This document shows, one piece after another, positions 24,339 to 29,116 of a DNA stretch of 29,116 nucleotides. Position 1 is the stretch's first letter, and every line of letters starts with the position of its first letter. Source of the DNA: Candidatus Pacearchaeota archaeon. Lineage in GTDB: Archaea > Nanobdellota > Nanobdellia > Pacearchaeales > GW2011-AR1. Below the pieces are notes generated by a model. It was not told the origin of the DNA. It searched no databases and worked only from the letters and a program-made list of their open reading frames with translations. The translations under genes were made by a program, and so were the position numbers. The stretch lies in assembly GCA_023133375.1 (NCBI GenBank), contig JAGLWP010000001.1, positions 1-29,116 on the forward strand, in the 5' to 3' direction.

Positions 24339-24941
24339 ATGAACAAAACTCAACTCCTCCAAAGCTTAAAACAAAAAGGTTTCTCGAAAAAAGTCTTAGA
24401 CTCATTTTCAAAAGTTTCTCGTGAAAAGTTCATTCCTGCTAAATTAAAAAAACATGCTTATGAAGATATTGCTTTGCCTATTGGAAGAGGGCAGACAATT
24501 TCTCAGCCATACACAATAGCAATGATGCTTTCTCTTCTTGAATTAAAAAATGGGCAAAAAGTTTTGGAAATAGGTTCTGGATGTGGTTATGTTTTTGCTT
24601 TAATTTCTAAAATAACTAAAGCAAAAGTTTTCGGAATAGAAATAGTCAGAGAATTGGCTGAAAAATCAAAAGAAAATCTTAAAGAATATAATAATATTGA
24701 GGTATACAACAGAGATGGTTCTAAAGGACTTGCAGAAGAATCGCCCTATGATAGAATTATAATAAGTGCTGCGGGAAAAGAAATACCAAAAAAACTTGTT
24801 TCTCAATTAAAAAATAATGGAATAATTGTTGCACCTGTTGGTCCAAGAGATGGACAATCCTTAATCGCCTTTAAAAAAATTAAGGATAAATTAGTAATAA
24901 AAAAAGAAATTCCAGGATTTGTTTTTGTGCCTTTTATTTAA
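24339..24941 (+). CDS. pcm: Protein-L-isoaspartate O-methyltransferase (copy 2)
   Basis: AYEDIALPIGRGQTISQP, LEIGSGCGY, DGSKG, SPYDRII, FVFVP. Confidence 0.93.
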   Translation: MNKTQLLQSLKQKGFSKKVLDSFSKVSREKFIPAKLKKHAYEDIALPIGRGQTISQPYTIAMMLSLLELKNGQKVLEIGSGCGYVFALISKITKAKVFGIEIVRELAEKSKENLKEYNNIEVYNRDGSKGLAEESPYDRIIISAAGKEIPKKLVSQLKNNGIIVAPVGPRDGQSLIAFKKIKDKLVIKKEIPGFVFVPFI

Positions 24942-25756
24942 CCACCAATAATCCCAATCTCTTTTAAACCATCTCTTACAGATTTTTCCTTTCTTTTGAC
25001 ATAATTTTCCATTATTTTTGGTAGTTCGAGAATTGTTTTAATATGAACTTTAAAATCTTTGATATAAGAAGTCTTTGAAATTGTCTCTTTGAAAAAATCT
25101 ATAACTTCTTCAGGATTACAATTACTTCTCCAATTTGAATAAGACTCGACAAAGCAATTAATTTTTAATTTATTTAATTGAGTGATTTTAACTTTTTTTC
25201 TTCTAAATAAACTTTTTTTTCTTTTCTCATATATCTTAGATACATCTAGACAGATTTCACTTGGTTTTTCAATACTTATCGCTACTTCAATTCCTCTTTG
25301 TTTAATTGATACTCCTTCAAATCCCTCTTTCATGTCAAATCCATGTTTTGTAACAGCTTCCCAAACATAATACATAACAGCTTTAAATGGTTCTTTTAAT
25401 ATATCAAGTTCAGAAACAGTTTTTTCAAGTTTTGACAATACCTTAGGAATCCCCTCTAATTGCCCTACATATTTCCTATGTTCAAAATACCTTTGCGCTC
25501 TTTCATCAGAATCAGCTAATTCAGATAATTTATTTGTTAGGGATTCATAAAATGAATTGAATTCTTTTACATTATGGATAGGAAGATCTTTATATTTTTT
25601 TCCGAAAAATTCTCCAACCTCACCATTTTTTGACAATTCAACATAGGGTTTATCTTCATCTAAGCATCTCAAAGTATCTACAAGTTCCAAAAGAGGTTTA
25701 TCATTAAGAAATTTATCATATTCTTTTTCACTATACCTTGTTAATGCTTTTGTCAT
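24938..25756 (-). CDS. Hypothetical protein
   Basis: 272 aa ATG ORF, convergent with pcm copy 2 (4 nt overlap). Confidence 0.8.
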   Translation of the reverse strand: MTKALTRYSEKEYDKFLNDKPLLELVDTLRCLDEDKPYVELSKNGEVGEFFGKKYKDLPIHNVKEFNSFYESLTNKLSELADSDERAQRYFEHRKYVGQLEGIPKVLSKLEKTVSELDILKEPFKAVMYYVWEAVTKHGFDMKEGFEGVSIKQRGIEVAISIEKPSEICLDVSKIYEKRKKSLFRRKKVKITQLNKLKINCFVESYSNWRSNCNPEEVIDFFKETISKTSYIKDFKVHIKTILELPKIMENYVKRKEKSVRDGLKEIGIIGG

Positions 25757-25851
25757 TTCAATTTTTCATTAAATATTATCTGTTTATAAATTAATCATAA
25801 AAAAAGAAAAAAGGAGAAAGTAAAATAAAAAAATAATAAAAATTAAAAGGA

Positions 25852-27000
25852 TTAGTAATAACTTTCTCCGAATTCTTCAGTTTTTTCAGGTTTCTTTGTT
25901 ATCAAAACAATCATTACAACTAACAAGACCAAGAAGATTATTGCCAGTATAACTGTCAATACAACAACTGGACTTGCTAACTCTTCTGATTCACTTGTAC
26001 CACTGAACTTAACTGTTCCAGCAAGTTCATTTCCAGCAAAGACAAATACATCAAAATTGTATTCTCCTTCTGAAACTTCTATTGGAACTAACTTACTTGA
26101 GCCAGCTTGAACAACAACAGTTAATTCTGTTGATGGATAAACTACCTTGTAAATTTTCAAATGGTTAGTTGGATTTAACACCAATAAGTTATCTCCTGAT
26201 TTTACTGCAACTTCAGGGAAACCATTTTTCACAGCAACTTGTTCTTCAACAATATTACTGAAATCCTCATTAGCCACTTCAACTTCAAGTGTGTATATAC
26301 CAGATGCAACATCATAAGGCACTTCTAAGTAGATTCTTCCACTTACAGTATCCTCATCATCAGATGTTTCTTCTGCTACCAAATCTCCGAAGTAAGCTGT
26401 TCTTGAAATACTTAATTCAGGAATTCTAACAGTTACATAAAGGTCTTCTAAATCATTGTAGCCAATATTCTTCAAAACAATATCAACTGGTGATATTTGT
26501 CCTGCTTCAAGTGAGCTACTTACAATTATAGACATTATGTCTGCATTATATGAAGGTCTTTGAACTCTTAAAGTAATGTCATCAATTTCTGTTTTATAAT
26601 CTCCATTCCAAATCTTCAAACTAAGAGTAACATCATCACTAACATCATCCGTAAGTTCATATGGAACTCTAAGAGTTAATGTCTTCGCATATTTCTTTCC
26701 GTTTTCAACATCAAAAGGGGTAGTTATAGCATCAACATCTTCCTTATCGCCTTCAAGCTCTGCTTTTATTCTTACGTTAGAAGTATCTTTCATAGAAGTG
26801 AAGAATACTTTCACAGAAATTGTTTCACCAGCAATAACACTAATATTGTCTGAATCAACTTCTATCCCGTTGATTTCAATATTGTAGACATTTGCTAAGT
26901 CACCATTAACTGTGTAAGCACTAACAGTAGCTACTAAAAACAAAAGAGTTGCGATTGTCAAAAAAGAAACCAAAGTTCTTTTCGCATTCATTTTTTTCAT
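25852..27000 (-). CDS. Cell-surface glycoprotein / S-layer-like protein with Ig-like (CARDB-type) domains
   Basis: Signal peptide, acidic beta-rich body (V-x-LKNIGYNDLEDLYVTV), C-terminal TM plus short tail, long T-tract after the stop. Start 27000 or 26991. Confidence 0.8.
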   Translation of the reverse strand: MKKMNAKRTLVSFLTIATLLFLVATVSAYTVNGDLANVYNIEINGIEVDSDNISVIAGETISVKVFFTSMKDTSNVRIKAELEGDKEDVDAITTPFDVENGKKYAKTLTLRVPYELTDDVSDDVTLSLKIWNGDYKTEIDDITLRVQRPSYNADIMSIIVSSSLEAGQISPVDIVLKNIGYNDLEDLYVTVRIPELSISRTAYFGDLVAEETSDDEDTVSGRIYLEVPYDVASGIYTLEVEVANEDFSNIVEEQVAVKNGFPEVAVKSGDNLLVLNPTNHLKIYKVVYPSTELTVVVQAGSSKLVPIEVSEGEYNFDVFVFAGNELAGTVKFSGTSESEELASPVVVLTVILAIIFLVLLVVMIVLITKKPEKTEEFGESYY

Positions 27001-27178
27001 TTTGTATTTAATTGCAGAAAAACTTAGTTTTCTGTAAAATTGAGACATGGAAAGTACTTATAAACTTTATGGTGACAACACATTGGAGTAATCTTATAGT
27101 ACTAAATGTAAGTAACATCTAGTGAATGAGCTTTAGATTGTTCACTGTGTAAAATTAAAGAATACTTTTATTCACCAA

Positions 27179-27418
27179 TTAAAGATATTTGCCCGCAAAT
27201 GATAGAAATATCTCATTAAATCTTTTATCTATTCTTGGCGCATAACCATCCAACCTTTCATGATATATACGAGTAGCCATGTGTAAATATTCAAATGCTA
27301 ATTTTGGATTATTCTTTTCTTCATGAACAACAACCCTGTCCATAATCATCATAATTAATTTTTCTGAACTTCTCTGTTCTTTTTCTTCTTGTGTTTTATA
27401 GAATTTTTTAAGTCTCAT
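27179..27418 (-). CDS. Small hypothetical protein
   Basis: 79 aa from ATG 27418 (ORF track extends to 27442). Confidence 0.6.
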   Translation of the reverse strand: MRLKKFYKTQEEKEQRSSEKLIMMIMDRVVVHEEKNNPKLAFEYLHMATRIYHERLDGYAPRIDKRFNEIFLSFAGKYL

Positions 27419-27470
27419 TTTAATTATTCTTTTATAAAACATACTCTTACTTTATAAAAATTTATATTTA

Positions 27471-27504
27471 AAAAAAGAAAAAGAAGAGGTTTTTCAACCT
27501 CTCC
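27471..27504 (-). terminator. Hairpin plus U-tract terminator after dnaG
   Basis: GGAGAGGTT-GAAA-AACCTCTTC followed by TTTTTCTTTTTT, starting right after the TAG stop. Confidence 0.75.
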
Positions 27505-28626
27505 CTAAAAACTTAATAATTGAATTTTTGTGTCAGTTGTAACAAAATTCTTTGCAACAATTACCTGACAATTTGCGTCTTCTGCAGCCTGAATTGTTGA
27601 ACTTGTAACAGTGCCGTCAATTATGACAACAGAAAATTTTTCTTTGCTTCTTCTCAATGCGCTGTTCAAACTTCTAACAGAAACTTTCTTCAGTTCGTTT
27701 AAAGATTCATCTAAAAGAATTGCTTTTTCTGTTCCTTCGTTTTCATCTGAAAGTTTCTTCAGCTTTTCTTTGTCTTCTTCATTTAGTTCAAATCTTTTTG
27801 TTTCTTCAGATGCACTTGGCGAAAACCCCTCAGCAGGAATTTTTTTCCTTAACGCCATTAAAATTTCCTTGCTAGTAAGTTCTTCAACTTCTTTTCCATC
27901 AGGAGCTGTTGCGAGGTAAGCAACTTTTACATTATCAACAACATTTTGGGTAATCAATTTTCCTCCCCTGTCTCCATCAACAAACAAAGTAATTTCTTTT
28001 TCATTACTTAATTCTTTGATTTCATCTGGAAGTTTTGTACCATTCATGCTGATAACATTCTTCACACCATTTCGCATCAAATTCAAAACATCTGCTCGTC
28101 CTTCAACAACAATAACTTCTTTTCCAGATAAATCTCCGCAAGGAAGTTTGTTCTTTCCATATTCTTGTATTCCGGCAATCCTTGAAGCACCTTTGATTTC
28201 TTCGGAAATTTCTCTTGAACTTGTTGAACCTTCAATTTGTTGCATTAATTTCTTAGCTCTTTCAATGATGTAATCCCTTTTGCCCCCTCTGACATCTTCA
28301 ATTCTTTCAACTTCAATCTGAGAATCGCACGGTCCTATTCTTTCAATAGTTTCTATTGCCGCACCAATCAAAGTAGTTTCTGACTGGTCCAATGCAGTAG
28401 GAATCTTAATAACACCAGTAGTTCTCTTGTTTTCTCTGGTTAATTCAACTTCTATTCTTCCGATTTTTCCTTCTTTCTGCAAATCTCTCATTTCAAGGTC
28501 TGTTCCAAGCAAACCCTCAGTTTGTCCAAAAAGAGCTCCGATTACATCAGGTTTTTCCAACGCACCTTCAGCTATAAAATTCGCATGTATCATGTATTTT
28601 ATTGATACTGGACTTATTTTTGCCAT
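27505..28626 (-). CDS. dnaG: Archaeal DnaG-like primase
   Basis: KPDVIGALFGQTEGLLG, GKIGRIEV, TOPRIM motifs IVVEGRADV and FVDGDRGG, APDGKEVEEL. Confidence 0.95.
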   Translation of the reverse strand: MAKISPVSIKYMIHANFIAEGALEKPDVIGALFGQTEGLLGTDLEMRDLQKEGKIGRIEVELTRENKRTTGVIKIPTALDQSETTLIGAAIETIERIGPCDSQIEVERIEDVRGGKRDYIIERAKKLMQQIEGSTSSREISEEIKGASRIAGIQEYGKNKLPCGDLSGKEVIVVEGRADVLNLMRNGVKNVISMNGTKLPDEIKELSNEKEITLFVDGDRGGKLITQNVVDNVKVAYLATAPDGKEVEELTSKEILMALRKKIPAEGFSPSASEETKRFELNEEDKEKLKKLSDENEGTEKAILLDESLNELKKVSVRSLNSALRRSKEKFSVVIIDGTVTSSTIQAAEDANCQVIVAKNFVTTDTKIQLLSF

Positions 28627-28813
28627 TTTCTTTGTTTCCTTATTTAATTTATTTATAAAATCTTATGATTTCATATAGAAAAATATCTCACTAAAATTCT
28701 AATCTGTTCTTACTCTTACAATAGCATAAAGCTAAAATAAAGTGAATGTGAATGTGATTAATAATAATCCATCGCGATATTTTTCTAATGATTATTTGTG
28801 CAAAAAGAAGTTT

Positions 28814-29002
28814 TTAAACATTGTCATCCAAACATGTTGCTTTTTCTTTGATGTATGCGCCAAGATAATATGCAATTCCTATCGCCCCTATTCCATCACT
28901 TTCAAATAAATGAATCCTTTCATTAATAATTTCTAAAGGATTTCTCTTATTTTTTAGTTCTTCATACATTCTTCCAAATTCATTATTATATCTCTTTAAC
29001 AT
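28814..29002 (-). CDS. Small hypothetical protein
   Basis: 62 aa ATG ORF downstream of EF-1alpha. Confidence 0.5.
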   Translation of the reverse strand: MLKRYNNEFGRMYEELKNKRNPLEIINERIHLFESDGIGAIGIAYYLGAYIKEKATCLDDNV

Positions 29003-29035
29003 TTTAATATTTTAAGAAATTTAATTAAAAATTAG

Positions 29036-29116
29036 TTATTTTTGCTTAGTAATTTCCATGCACATTCCTGCAGCAACAGTTTGTCCTGCGTCTCTTACTG
29101 CAAATCTTGACATAAA
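29036..29116 (-). CDS. tuf: Translation elongation factor EF-1alpha, C-terminal 26 aa (runs off window)
   Basis: FMSRFAVRDAGQTVAAGMCMEITKQK* matches the RFA-x-RD-x-GQTVA-x-G end of EF-1alpha. Confidence 0.9.
   Translation of the reverse strand, partial: FMSRFAVRDAGQTVAAGMCMEITKQK

Noticed and set aside
12026-28678. Short ORFs 12026-12283, 13200-13454, 15554-15754, 15745-15942, 16017-16223, 20281-20469, 20490-20702, 20494-20739, 20789-21010, 21007-21216, 21974-22198, 23347-23529, 25182-25370, 27611-27919, 28016-28273, 28427-28678
   Set aside because: All overlap better-supported genes on the opposite strand or in another frame.
28627-28813. Possible small gene or RNA upstream of dnaG (contains TCGCGA and GTGAAT repeats)
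   Set aside because: No ORF with a start codon of useful length and no convincing fold.

Overview
AT-rich archaeal chromosome segment, most consistent with a DPANN lineage (Pacearchaeota/Woesearchaeota-like; inferred from gene content and style, not from a search). The housekeeping backbone is prs, argS, trmB, ileS, dph5, dtdA, rnhB, an SMC-like ATPase, two pcm copies, dnaG and the 3' end of EF-1alpha, plus three tRNAs: Leu(TAA), Ser(GCT) and initiator Met. Two accessory regions interrupt it. Region 1 (12437-15251) is the strongest novelty candidate: a 2.8 kb recombinase-less island bounded by a 9 bp direct repeat and symmetric inverted boxes. It has three clusters of an AYTWTTCGGA motif and carries a ribbon-helix-helix gene, an unknown His-x9-His protein and a three-gene HEPN module. 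Region 2 (about 16800-19400) holds a paralog of that His-x9-His protein and a divergent wHTH / Ltp superinfection-exclusion-like switch. Other notable items: an apparently intact GGEEF diguanylate cyclase in an archaeon, an SMC-type ATPase with a central CPLC hook-like motif and no hinge, a candidate 55 nt two-UUCG ncRNA with its own TATA box, a hairpin-interrupted duplicate of the tRNA-Leu 5' end, and a family of intergenic palindromic elements. All functional calls come from motif reading only; no database searches were run.
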